From Trichinella spiralis (lineage: Eukaryota): 64,000 nt of DNA. The stretch is from assembly GCF_000181795.1 (NCBI RefSeq), contig NW_003526945.1, positions 62,001 to 126,000 of the forward strand, written 5' to 3'. The notes below the pieces were generated by a model. The model searched no databases. It saw only the letters and a program-made list of their open reading frames with translations, and was not told the origin of the DNA. A program made the translations under genes and the position numbers. Numbering within the stretch: position 1 is the stretch's first letter; the number at the start of each line of letters is the position of its first letter. Below, in pieces: positions 1-21,003 of this stretch.

Positions 1-3000
1 TGAGGGTTCGATTTGCCTGGATAATGGCTCATCGGAGGTTGAACTTCTCCTGAAAAAATGTTCAAATGAAAGTAAAAAAGCAAAAAAAAAACAAACAGGT
101 GTCAAAAATGACAACATACTTTCATTTATAAACATAAAAACACCTGAAAATCCTTGAAAATGCTTGCTAAAGGAAGATTGGAAAATTATGTCAACGGAAC
201 GTTGCATAGTTTTGAAATCTGGCGGCTTCTTATTACCGCAATAACGGCCACTAATATGCTGCACGTTCTGACGATCAATAATTATTACTTCTACATAATC
301 ATGAAGGCACCTTCAATCATTATACATTTAGAATAAAATTCATAACGGAACTGTCAAAATTATATTTTAAAATGTATAACAAAATGCGCAATATCACTTT
401 CACCTTTGATATGGTAGCGGACCTTCGAGATGAAAATCACTCCATAAAATCCAAACCACTTGATCTCGTCTACCTCTGAAACGAAAACGGCACCGAGTAT
501 CTGCAGGATATGTATTCGGATAGCCTGGCGTGGCAAATGTACCATTGATAGTTTTATTTCCATCATACAAAAATGAGCATTCTTCGACTGCTAAAACTTT
601 TATACTTTGTTATCTATTTATTTATTTGCATCAGTTCAAATGTACTTGTTACAATGAAAAACTAAAAAATAGATTACTTTGATTCATTCTTTAAACGTAC
701 TACTAGCTCATACTGAAGCCACAAAAGATTTTCAATTGAAAATGATTTTGAAATCAAGCACTGAACAAAAAATTTCTTTTAATAACATCAAATACATTTC
801 AAATGACTACCAGTTAACTAGTTTCAAACAAGTATTCAAAATTGATTTACAAATTTCAAAACTTCACAAGCATTTGTCATATAAAATAACTACAGTTTTA
901 TTTGATTTTAATTTTTCATTCATTTGTACACTTCATAAGTCATTTTATGCAGGGTAAATTTTCCTTAGTTAGCCTTCTCTAAATTCAATTCATTTGAGAC
1001 GAATCAGGCTCTCTTGGGTGTTAGTAAATTGCATTACTCATCGAGTAAAGACTTGAACTCTAACGCTAAACTTACATTATGATTTTAATTCGATGAAATC
1101 TGCGCCGTGTACTAATTTGAAATTTTAAAAAATCCATATTTTGAATCACTTTGAATAACCTTATTTTCATTTAGATACGTAAAATATTACGTGGAAAAAT
1201 TCGAATCACAATTTTTCGACGTAAAAATTTGAAATTTTCAAACAGAAAATAATGCAAATTTATTACAAATAAAAAAAGAAAAATAATTTTCTTCTTATAC
1301 CTACACCTATACTGATATTCATGTTGTTAGCCAATGTGATTGTATTATAATAAAAAAAGTTGAATCAATCAGCTCATCACATGCTACGTAAAACTGTTAA
1401 TCCGTCAACATTGAAGCATTGCTTATGTAAATTATCCTTTCTATAAAATTTTAGCGATATATGGTACGTATGTATAGCATCATGATTAAGCAAGAAATGC
1501 AACGTCGCTTAGAAAATAAAATACAAGAGATATTTCTTTACTAACATCAGTTTATAACTGTTTACATTAACTGAAGTATAATTCTTAGAAGTTTCAATAA
1601 TTGATAATATTCCATAAAGTCTAATAATATTAGTTGTTTAATAAAATATGTTTTATAACAATGTAATAGTATTTAATAATATATTTAAATTGAATGCAAT
1701 TTCACTTCCACTTGAAATAAAATTCAATAAAATAATACGTTTGTTTGGATTTCACTAACTAAATTCATACAATGAACATTATACAATGAATGCTGTGGTC
1801 AAGAAGCATTTATATCAATGCTACCAAATGCTTTTAGCCAAAATTATACTTGTATATCAGTGATTCATTAGAAACATTATTGCTTTAAAATATATTTATT
1901 ACAAGGCTTATAGCTGTTTGCTCATACAATATAATGTGCAAAATAGTTTCCTTCACTGCGTAACAATTTCTTGATTATTTATTACATCACATTTTTTCGC
2001 TGAAAATGTTCATTACATTATATAACTCGGCAAATTTATTTTGTTTTGAAAAAACCTTCAAAGAACAACTTAATTTAGTATATTGAAATTCTAAACACAA
2101 TACAGTATTGTTTCACATAATTGAAAACAAATCAAATTATTTCCTCCATATAATAATCCCTTCGCTATCCAATTTGAAATCTGAAATTTTCATATCAGAT
2201 GATAAATATGCCAAACAAAATCTGATGCAAGATTAGACTAATCAAACAATCGCTCAAAGAACGAATTTGCATTTTAGACATCAAATAATAAATACGCTAT
2301 AAAAATGTCCCAAAAGATACTGAAATTTTGAATATTTGAAGCAAAATCTTTTTTTTAATTAAAAGTGCACTATGATATATTAAAATATTATTTCTACGAA
2401 ATAAGAACATTCTTATTCCGTAGACATTGATCATTATTTACATTAATCTCAAGGGATTTTATAAAGCAAAATTAATCTGTCCAAAAGCACATCAAAAACT
2501 AATCGTCTTGTTTAATGGTTATCATATAAAAGCTGTAGAATTATACTGATAGGCAAAAATAAGTGAAATAATTCATACTGATAAATGGAGTGATTTACAT
2601 TTTCAAAGTATGTGAAATATTGTAAAAGAGAAAAAGTCAATTTCTCATTGAATTACTCACTCCTTTACCTTAATACCTTAATAAAGGAAAAAATAAGCTT
2701 AATAAATAGATAAATAAAAAAATAATTTTTTAAAAACTAATAATTAATGAAAATTTATTTAGCAAACAACGATGGTTATTCACTGACAATTCGTTGTGAA
2801 CAATCAATAGACACTGCGCACCTTATTTAATTCAAAGAGCAACATTAATCAGTTGGAAATATTCAAATATGATCACATCTGCTATATCAACTGACAAGCA
2901 TTTGATAAATAAAGATATTGAAAATGAATAACGGATAAGTATAAATTTATGTTTAAAAAAAGGGAAAAAACAATTACCTTTAACTTGCAATGGTTGATTT

Positions 3001-3131
3001 TCAGATGAACAATCAGCAAACATAGCGGCATAAAGAAGAAAAATGTAGATAAAAATAGTCCAGATTGATGATGATGATGATGATGGTGATGGTGGTGGTA
3101 GTAAACAGGTGAATCGAACCTGCGATACCAT
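1..3131 (-). CDS. CUB-domain extracellular protein, SOL-1 (suppressor of lurcher)-like; 5' part only, continues beyond the window start
   Basis: Phase-consistent exons 3131-2978 (signal-peptide-like MVSQVRFTC...WTIFIYIFLLYAAMFADCS), 590-404 (CSFLYDGNKTINGTFATPGYPNTYPADTRCRFRF), 310-120 (CLHDYVEV...GRYCGNKKPP...FQGFSGVFMF) and 49-1. These form a typical CUB domain. The SOL-1 assignment is by resemblance only. Confidence 0.85.
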
Positions 3132-3566
3132 AATCGACCATTGGCTCAAGTGGTGAAAATCAGCGGCTTTGTATAAGCAGCGCTGAAAAATTCCATGCCC
3201 CTCGGATGAAGTGGTTGATAGCACTGATAACAATGGTTTGGCTATTCAATTTCTTAATCTCTTTCATTCATTACGATTTTGGCCAGAAATAATAATGATA
3301 ACAGAATAAAAAAGTCAACGAATAATTGAAGCACATAAAACAAGCTTGCATGTTAGCCGCGAAAATGGAAAACATAAAACAGAGAAAACAATCCCATTGC
3401 ATAGATTACAGTTGTTATAAAAGGTTGAATTTAAAAAAGATGAGACGAAAACAAGAAATTGATCATTATAAGATTAGAGGCATAATTTGACCAGCAGAAA
3501 AGCAGCCGTGCACTTTAAGATGCGCGTGCGTCTGTTGAAGACGCGCAATCGATTTTCAACAGAAGC

Positions 3567-3712
3567 TGTCTGTCTCTTTTTCTCTTTCTCTTCTTCTCTT
3601 TCTTTTTCCTCTTCTCCGTTCCCTCTTAGCTTCTCTCCTTCCCTCTTTCTCAGTCTCAGTCTCAGTCTCAGTCTCACTCTCGTTCTTGCTCTCTCCTTCT
3701 TTCCCTCTCTTT
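3567..3712. repeat. Polypyrimidine/GA-rich low-complexity tract including (CTCAGT)4 at 3649-3672
   Basis: Read directly from the sequence. It explains the spurious RLRLRL, SLSLSL and ETETET ORFs. Confidence 0.9.
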
Positions 3713-4073
3713 GGGAAGAGAAGAGGAAAAAGAAAGAAAATGGGAAGAAACAAGCAGGACGAAACCACTGACGTGCACCAACCAACGATGACGATGTTGT
3801 TGAACTTGATGATGATGATTATTGCTTGCTTATGCTTATGCTTATGCTCTTTGTTTGTTTAGCTTTAGGCGGCGGCGAACATGCAAGCAGAGCAGTCAGT
3901 CACTGAATGAGTCGTCCAGTCGCTTACGCTAGAAACGCCAAAGCAGCTTCTGCATCTTCATTGTAAACGTTCAATGACGAAAAGCACGCATTCAGTTGAT
4001 GGACGTGACGCGACCTTCCGACTAGGCGACGCGATGGAAAATGAATAACAAGTTGGAAACATAGCGCAAAAGG

Positions 4074-4205
4074 TCTCTCCTCTATTTTCTCTTCCTCCCC
4101 TTCTTCTTATTTTCTCTTCATTCTCTTCCTCTCTACCTCCCTCCCTCTCCCCCTCTCTTCCTCTCTTTCCCTCTCTAGCTCATTCCATTCTCGTCTCTTT
4201 TCTTA
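4074..4205. repeat. Polypyrimidine (CT-rich) tract
   Basis: Nearly pure C/T run on the + strand. Confidence 0.85.
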
Positions 4206-6966
4206 TTGATGTTTGCTTTTACGTCATACATTTCACTGGATATTCCATTTTACTTCATTTTCCATCTTCTCTAATTAAAAAGTGCAATTTGCATATTCCC
4301 TTATTTCTAACTGAAAAAATAAATTCTTAATATTCTTTCAATATTTGTCCTCTTCTTGAATTTTATATATTACTTCATTGTTACTCATCCTCTATTAACG
4401 ATCTTTATCACTAATGACAGTTCATTGACAGCAGTTGTATGATTTATTGAAGTTTCTTTCTTGTTCTCTTTAAAAATGTTAACCTAACCATAAATAAAAT
4501 GTGTACAATATTCAAACGTTTACTTATTTATTATTCAAAGCAAACAAATATAATCTTTCACCTTTCTTACTCAACAACAATTTCAAATCAATCACAATTA
4601 TTAAAGATCAACTGCTACAATATATAACATATTGCACAATGATCCAAACTGACTGTCTTCTTAATTTTACTCACTTTTACTCATAGTTCTTTATATATAT
4701 ATATATATTAACATTTAATGATTTTGTCACATAACGCTGATACAACACAATAATTTAAAAATATTGATTGAGAATGGATACATCTTACTTGTATAAACTG
4801 TTTTACTTCTTCTTCTTCAGAATAACAAATAATTTGATTGGAAGAAATATGCTTTAATCAACTTAATTTCTTAGCAGGTTTGCTAATAGCAATTTCAATT
4901 GATCAAACTGCTCCATCTTTTTCTTTTCTCACGCCTACTCTATTATAACAGTTGATGCTGTTTTATTTGTTTAGATAACATATCTGGTTAACAGCCGCTA
5001 TCAATTCAGCGTCAAATGAACATATTTTCGAATATTTGCATCTTATCAGTCAATCATCAAAGATGGATTTGCAAATTATGTATACAGTGAACATTTTCAA
5101 TTACTTCTTTTTCACTGTTATTTCCTCTAAGCAAATGCCTGATTTGAAAAATACACTAAACGAAATAATGAACAATACATATACATATATATAACAAAAA
5201 TATTTTTCAATAGCATATGATATGATCAGATATGATAGGCATAGGTTGACATGATTTTGTCGCAATTTGTATTATTATTATTATTATTACATTTTCACTT
5301 GTTTTTCAATTTGAAATTTCAATCAGAATATTTTTCAAATTATAAAACTTTAAGAAAACATATTCGGTAACTATCATCAGTTCAATAACATTGTTTAAAG
5401 TGATGCTCTTTAACAAAACATTTATTTTGATATTATGCAAGAAATTGTTCAAAAAATATATATACATAATTTAGTTTTCTTCATTGTTATTAAATCCAAT
5501 CAATCAATACTCTAGAAAATCCAAAGAAATTAATCGTGAACTGCTATGAACTTAATCATCCACAGCACTGTAGAGAATGCATACATTTGAAAAGAACTTC
5601 CGCAATCTTTTTTATGACTTCTTCGTCACTGGTGCTTTTATCTTAATCTTATTGAAAATGCTTTATATTGCTTTACATGGTTAATTGTCTTTCATTAATG
5701 CAGTAGACTGCTTTAAACACACGATACGCAACATTATAAAAGGTAGAAATTACACGAAAAAAATATATATAAATGAGAAATGAAACTACTTGATAACAAT
5801 TCTTCGTAAACTGTCATTTCATATTGTAATACGTTTCATTATTAGGCAGCTTAGCAATATATTATACATCAGAATGCAACAGAATACGAAAGGGTAAATT
5901 ATTTGATACTGTAAAGTTTTTTCAAGCAGATAATGCAGTTTGTTGGTTTAATGCCTTCTTTAGTGCCTTCTAATGAATAAAATAATCTTTTAAATTGTTT
6001 AGTGTATAAATATATTAATTTTTAGTTTTTTTCTTTCTTCTAACAGTAAAAATTGATTAATTTAGCATTGTGTAATCCGTTTAATATCAAATCATAAATA
6101 TTTTGAAAATCGATCAAAATTTTCTTCTATTTAACTGATTTGCTTATTATGGATATACTTTAATGTAGAATAAAAATCAAAATCTAAATGAACCAGTAAA
6201 TCAATTTCAGGTTGTTCATGTTAAGTTATTACAAAATACAGCTTAATTGGACTGAATGTTAAGCAGTTTTGCTTTACAATTGAGAGGAATAACTCTCAGA
6301 TCAACAGACCATCTGTTCGTCAAATATGCTAAGAGAATTAGGATGTCTGCGAACAATTAATCAATGATGATCATCAGGGAGTCCAATTTATACCAAAATG
6401 CACTTATTGAACAACTGCAGAACAGCAATAACGTTCAAGCTGTCATCAGTCAAAAGCTGGTAGAAAATGTGATCGAAAATTTACCAAAGGAAACAGATGA
6501 CTACTTAACACGCTTTTTCTACTAAAGAAGTGTAAAGTTATAGAAAATTTACCGTCCCTCTCCAATATGTCATAAATGCACTCTTGGCACACTGTTAATA
6601 AATTACTTTACCGACCAAACCACACTGACCGTGGTTCAACATAAATCGATCGTCAAATTGCACATAAACATGTGCTTATTTAACATTCTAAAAATGACAC
6701 TTTTCCAATTAAATCTGTCGTCATACAACATATAAAGCTTACTAGTTCAGCCAAATGTTACAATTTTCAATTTAACATGCTTTTTATGAATTAGATTTGC
6801 TTCATCTTTTCTGCTGATGTTTCATTTAAATTACGGAAATTGTACTCCAATAATTTCTGGTCACCATATATGAACTACAATTTTATTATTCTAAAGTAAA
6901 CTCAGTAAATAAATCTACAAATAACTTTTATGTAAAAATAATTTCAAAAGCATTATCCACATTTCA

Positions 6967-8215
6967 TCAAGAAGTTTCTCTGTAACGTTCTTGGAAAAGT
7001 TTCAATATTTTCAACCCTGAGCTTTTCTTTTGATGAATTGAGGGTGCCATTTTTATTTTCATTGTATCGTAAACTTTGACAGACGGTGATTTCGGCCTAC
7101 GCCCAATTACATTCTTCAAATTTTGTGCTCCTTCACTTGAAAGTATCTCATCAGTAACACGTTGATTCATCCAAACTCGACTATTTGGACTTCTCTGAGA
7201 AGAAATACGATCTCTACTAATAATAACTTCTTCAATCAAATCTCGAAACAAATTTTTCACCATTGAATATTCCTCTGTGACATTGATCTCGTAAAACTTC
7301 GCCGAATACATTGTCGCCATAATTGCACCTTGATTTTTGCTCACTTGTCTAGAATATAAAATTATACTTCATATTACATTAATCAATTAATTAATTAATT
7401 GATAATTTCACAAATGTACCTGTATCTATCAAGATCGATTTTATTTCCTATCAGACAAACTATGTGAGGTCTAACGCAAACAGAGTGATCATGGCTGTGA
7501 ATTTCTTTCAGAAGCTTTTCAGCATATTCAAAAGAATCTCTGTTGGTAACACTATACAATACAAGAAATACATCCGCCCAACTGACATAACGACTGGAAC
7601 TTTTTCCACTCTAAATTTCACTCTAAGCAAAATATTGGAATAATTTCAACGAACAAATCATCATCTTACCCCTTCAACTGTATCCATAATCCAAAGCATA
7701 CATTCATTTCCATTTATTGTTATTTGTTTGCAATAAGTATCTTCTAAGTTGAAAAATTATTTCATTTTTACAAAATTTAAACAAACTCTTTCAATAAATA
7801 TCTAATATTGAAACGTTTCCAATTTCGTTTCAATCAATTACAAGTACGTACACACGTTGCAATTAATTAATTACATGAATGTCAGAGTAGAATAAATGTT
7901 TAAAATTGAACTACTCCTCATAGTTTCAGCTTATGCCTTCCTTATCCAGGGTTCCATTTAAAATTTGTCTACATTTACCGTTCGATTTTAAAGTAGTTGA
8001 TACATTCTATATTTTTCAACTTTTTCTTACCCATATTAGGATCATACTCGCCAATGTAACGTTTTGTCATAAATTTCACCGTTAAAGCTAAAACATGCGC
8101 TTTTTGCAATTTTTCCTATGCATTCGTAAAAAAGAAATATACCAGATTTTCCTGAACCATTAGCCCCAATAATAGCAATGTGAATTTCATTGATCACTTT
8201 TCTGTTTCGAAGCAT
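6967..8215 (-). CDS. Ras-family small GTPase, RERG/RASL11/RASL12-like (5 exons)
   Basis: Spliced motifs are G1 GANGSGKS, ALTVKFMTKRYIGEYDPNMEDTY, MDTVEG, YVSWADVFLVLYSVT and G4 GNKID. There is no CAAX. The start codon is uncertain. Confidence 0.88.
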
Positions 8216-9230
8216 ACTCAAATCATACACTACCAATGAGACATCATAACAAAGAATGCCACTGAATAAGAAAATAATATAAAATAAAATAGCTTTTCAG
8301 ATGGACGAATGTTAATTTGCTCAAACAGAATGCAATGCCACTTCTTAGACAACACATGTTCATGGTATTCATCAAATTTTAAGATGTTCTAAACATTTCA
8401 GACGTCAGTCAATCAATGCAATAAAGGTATGCATCGGTTTCATATGCATGGCAAAGCTTCCGCTAAACAGCTGCGCTTTCTTTTCAATTTCTCGTCTATT
8501 TTTCAAGTCAAAAGTGAATTTTCTCTCTCATTTTATATATTTCCCCGTTTTTCAAAACCCAACCACATACAATTTCATAAAATATAATCAAACTCTGAAA
8601 TTGAAAACATTAACTTTCCATTAATTAATAAAATCAACGAATTGAAAAACGAACCTGCTTTTATCAATATCGCACATTTATATTTAAATTTGACTATTTC
8701 TAATTAATCATTTTTTTATTTAAATAATATCATTGCATTTTTGACGATGATCAAACCATTTCCTCATTCTTTGTTTTTTGCATATTGAAGTGATAATTCA
8801 TTGGCTTCATTTTCAACTTTTTCCGCAACTGATAATTCTTTGTCATTATTCTACTTCATATTCTGACATTCAGATGTCATCTATTTAAAACTGAGTAAGA
8901 AACGGTTTGCTTGATTATAAAATCATTAAACAACATTGCTGAAAAATGTTGTAAAGAATGAAAACGATAAATAATACAATCAATTTTCAATATGCACATT
9001 AACTGTTTCCATATTCAAGAACAGAAATTATGCTGCTGTGATAATAAGAAAATCAAAATTTTAAGCAACTATCACTATAGCAACTATCAGGAAAATTAAA
9101 TGACAAATTCAAATAACTCTAAATCAATTTACAGAAGACAATTGTCAGCTGATTGAAACTTTAAATGCAATCCAATTTTGAGAACATTATATAAAGTTTC
9201 CTTTTTAAAAATACTTTAAAAAGAATTTTT

Positions 9231-10493
9231 ATGGGGTCTGTGAATACATGGTATTCAAGTTTATCATTAACGGAGCGATTATTATGGGCAGCTGTTTTCT
9301 TCATTGCTACTGGATTTATTTTCTACTGTTGGACAGCCATAGATTGGACTTTTTCAGATAATGGACCAGGAACAACAATTTTGCACGTCAAGAAACAAAG
9401 TATGCATTTTCCACCATTACTGCTTTGCACCCGGCAACCTTTCAATTCAAAATACATCCGTCAAGATCCGATATTCAACAGTCGCTTTGACAAATATGCC
9501 GAAAAATTGATCAGCTTTTCATCAGCTGTGAAAATTCAAGATCTTGCTGGAAATGAAATTGAAAAACTAGAAAAATTATATTCAACCAGCTTCAACAAGA
9601 CACAAGAACGTGAAACTGAAGTCGACTGCTTTCTACCAAGCGATCACTTTTTAAAATGTATTCAAATTATTAAAAATGTAACTTCAGGCGCAGAAATATT
9701 GGATGTAAGTTCGTTTTGTCAAAATTCGTCCACTTTAATCACTGGTTTTCTTAATCCATGTACAGTAATCTTTCCCAGTGAACAGAAAATTCCTTCAGAT
9801 TTAGGAGCATTAAAAATTGAACTTGAATTGCAAAAGGAACAACTCACCGTTTCCCCTGCTGAATTTTCTGGATTTGAAATTTATGTCGGTGATTTAACCG
9901 TTGAAGAGCCATTTTTGCCAAAGATTGCATTGAAAAATAACCAAGCGGCTTCGTTGAAATTGGAAATAATTGAATACATTTCTTCAGTCAGTTCAAAAGA
10001 TTTCGAAGAAAATAGACAAGCTCTTTTTAAAATCGAAACGTTGAAAAATTGCGTTTACCAAAGTATTAAAGATGAATGCAACTGTGTACTTCCTTTCATA
10101 TGTACCAAACCGGACGACTCAATTTCAATTCCACTGTGTACAGTAAACGATTACAAAAATTGTACAGCTTCATTGGGCACAAATACTTTGGAAATAATAA
10201 ATCATTTTGATCAATTTCAGATGCCCTGTTTGATGAAAGAATCAACTGCAAACGACATTCAATTCAACTGCATTGCAACACGTTTGCCCGACATCGATAC
10301 ACAAACTTTACGATATCGAGCTACATTTTCCATTTATTACGATCATTTTGATTATTTTCAAATCAAACAAGCACAACTTGATTCAATAAAAATTTTTATT
10401 CTTTACGGAATTCCACTTGCAGTAGTTACCGCACTGCTCCTGATCGCTGTAATCATTGTTGAAACTTTAAAACGCGTCATCACTTTGTGGTAA
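9231..10493 (+). CDS. Divergent DEG/ENaC/ASIC-family (amiloride-sensitive channel-like) protein, single exon
   Basis: 420-aa ORF with TM1 (RLLWAAVFF), post-TM1 FPPLLLC..PF (family FPAVTxCNxN), Cys-rich thumb (CVYQSIKDECNCVLPF...LCT...C), a pre-TM2 IYYDHFDY segment and a C-terminal TM2. Confidence 0.72.
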   Translation: MGSVNTWYSSLSLTERLLWAAVFFIATGFIFYCWTAIDWTFSDNGPGTTILHVKKQSMHFPPLLLCTRQPFNSKYIRQDPIFNSRFDKYAEKLISFSSAVKIQDLAGNEIEKLEKLYSTSFNKTQERETEVDCFLPSDHFLKCIQIIKNVTSGAEILDVSSFCQNSSTLITGFLNPCTVIFPSEQKIPSDLGALKIELELQKEQLTVSPAEFSGFEIYVGDLTVEEPFLPKIALKNNQAASLKLEIIEYISSVSSKDFEENRQALFKIETLKNCVYQSIKDECNCVLPFICTKPDDSISIPLCTVNDYKNCTASLGTNTLEIINHFDQFQMPCLMKESTANDIQFNCIATRLPDIDTQTLRYRATFSIYYDHFDYFQIKQAQLDSIKIFILYGIPLAVVTALLLIAVIIVETLKRVITLW

Positions 10494-11097
10494 TTTATCT
10501 TCGTTTACTTTCATGCAAGTAAAAAATATTCTTCAAATAAATTCTTGCTGTTTCTGTTCCCTTTTGCAAATGCTTATCTGTAATATAACATTATTCACCC
10601 TTAACAATTCCAATTGTCCATTTTTCTCAAAAAATTCATTTTTGCTTTTCATTAATAACATAAAATTACATCTTCAATATTAAAAAATTTACTTTACTTT
10701 TGTTTTTTCATTTTTTACACCTACATTTTTTTACACAGTAATTCTTTTCATACTGTAACTTGTGGTCGTTCTTATACTGTAAACTGCAGGAAACTTTTCT
10801 GACGTCAGATTTGGCCCACCCACATTTAGTCATTTCTGTGATTGATTATTCTCCAGTTGAAATATAACATGGTCAAACGAGTTGGAAAGCGACCCTACTC
10901 AGATGACTATTTGGAAACTTCTGAAACATGTACATTGAATTTTTATCTAATATGAGATCATTTCTTATAAATACTAGTTTTACATTTGCACATCAACTTG
11001 TTTAACTGTTCAAAATAAACGAAGTCTAATTTTAGCATTTCATGCTAATTTCACAGGAAAGCATGTTTTTATATTATCCAAATGTTATTTTTTAGCA

Positions 11098-13233
<2,136 letters not shown>

Positions 13234-13752
13234 AAAAGTTATCCAATCTGAAATTTATATGTATCCCAGGATCTATCTATTTATCGGTTTGCAGCTGAAT
13301 GAGCAGAAATGGAATAAATTAGGCTTCTTTTAAATCTTTACACTTATTTATTTCGTCATAGTACAATAATTTTTATCCTAGTACGTTTTTCCTTTTGCTT
13401 ATCAATGATTGCATTTTTAACATTTATATGTAATTTGAAAAATAAAAAGATCTTTTACAGAATTGTGGAATAATTTTAAACTTATTTTAAAAATATCACA
13501 TTCCACATGAAAACATCGAGCATAGGAAAGCAGATAACCCAAAAATTACAAGCTTTAATGAGTAATCACCAGCAACCTCGATTAGCCTATAATTACTGAC
13601 AAAACAATACTGCAAAGATTTCAATTTTAAAAAGCTGGACCTCAGTAGGAAGGCGTAAAAAGGATTAATACAATCTAAGGAAAATGCTAATTTAAGCAAA
13701 AGAATTTCATAGACAAATCAAACCATCACCAAAGAAAAATGAGAAAAAATAA

Positions 13753-15826
<2,074 letters not shown>

Positions 15827-17244
15827 TTAAAGTAACCAAATCTGAAATAAATTTCTCATCAAGTATCTTAATAAATGTCAATGTGCAAAAGTATACACTA
15901 CATAAATACAAAAAGAACAAAATATTCTTTATAAGAAATCAATTGAAACTAATTTAATAATAAATCAGTAACAATCCTTAACCAACGCAACAAAACTTTA
16001 ATAATGAACAGAACAGAATCAATAAATAATAAATTCAGTAAGAAAGATAAGTATAAGAAGAAGAGCATACCTTACTTACTTATGGTGTAGTTCAAAATTT
16101 TTAGCTGCACAGCGCTTCAATGAAAAACAGAAACTGCTTTACTAGCAAACTTGTTTGGAAAAATGACAATGTATTTTACAGTATCCCGTGTTGATAAAAT
16201 TAGGTGTTATAAAAATAATATATAAATAAAATTTTGTATTTATATATAATAAAATTATTTAATTCACTAAAGCAGAATAAAATTTAAATTGTACTAATTT
16301 AAAAATTGTCTATCCAATTTTTTAAAAACTGAGATTACGCTTTTGGAATAAAAAGCAAATATTCGAATAAAATTTCTTCAATAATTTTAAAAAATGCATT
16401 AAAAATGAATTTTTAAAATTAGATCAAAACCTTACAAACAAAATAATTTTAATTTAGCAAGCTTCAAGCAGATGCAAAATAGACAGGAGTTCGTGTGCAT
16501 TTAAATTCAAAAATAATCGGTTCAGTTAATATGTTATATACTTTTATACAATTTTCTTACATTATATTAAATAAAGTTTGTTGAATTAATCATTTAAAGG
16601 AAATCAACAATGCTGATACTCTAATTAACATAATTAAGATAATCAAGCTGTTAACGTCCATTCCAGTCTAAGCTGTCTAGCAAAAAATTGAAGCATCTGT
16701 AAGTTTAGCGCTTTGTTGAGTCATCTGTCAATTGCTGAATTCATTTCACGAAATATTTAATCCATACTAAGAATAGATAACGATGCCTTGTAGAAGTCTG
16801 AAGGTTTGCACGTGATTTGCGCAAAAAAATAAAATTCCTACAGTAAGATGTGGGCATAAAATTGTGCAAGTAGTTTGTATATGTGTGACTAGCTCTTTCT
16901 TTACATGCGTAAATTTTCTTAAAGGCAGACAGTTGCTGTTCTTATTATGATAAGAATGAAGACAGAAAGCATAACAGAAACAAAAGCATTGTTTAGTTTT
17001 GATAGTTCTTTTATCGTAATGTATTTAAATGAACAATTAATTTAACATAGCAACAGAAAACTTCATTATATAAAAATGTTCATCATTTGATATTTGGTTG
17101 ACGTGTACATTTGAAACCAAACAGCTTTCATTACAGTATTTTTTTAAATATTAATCTACGTAATGACTTAACATAATATGACTGCTTTTTCAAAAACAAA
17201 GCTTGCACTAAAATTTCACTTTCTTCTAATTTAACTGCATATTT

Positions 17245-20579
<3,335 letters not shown>

Positions 20580-20965
20580 TATTATTTATTTTGAAATGTA
20601 AAAATTGCTATGCAAAATGACAAAAGGAAGAAATCTGACAGAATAGATGAAGATGCAGTGATGATGATGTAGTGAAGCGGTGAAACAAGCAAAAGCAATG
20701 GTAATCGCCTTTTCTTTAAAAGCTAACGCCTATAATCGCAATCAACAGATGCAAAGCTGACATCTGCTTTTATTAAACACGGCCGCAGTCAGCAACACCA
20801 ACGATGTTGAAAAAAAAGAAAAGAAGAATTCGAAAAACATAAAACAACAAACAGAAAATTCTTTCCTGCATTACGATGTAAAAAAATTCAAAACTCTTGC
20901 CCATAAACAAAGCAAAATAATTACAAATATTATTATTTTTTATGTAAAAATTAATTCAAATTATC

Positions 20966-20971
<6 letters not shown>

Positions 20972-21000
<29 letters not shown>
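20972..21000. repeat. (TA)n microsatellite
   Basis: Seen directly. Similar tracts occur at about 20255-20272, 45948-45974 and 49246-49272. Confidence 0.9.

Positions 21001-21003
<3 letters not shown>

Noticed and set aside
3474..3785. Three overlapping ORFs with RL, SL and ET dipeptide repeats
   Set aside because: Translation artefacts of the CT-rich tract and (CTCAGT)n repeat.
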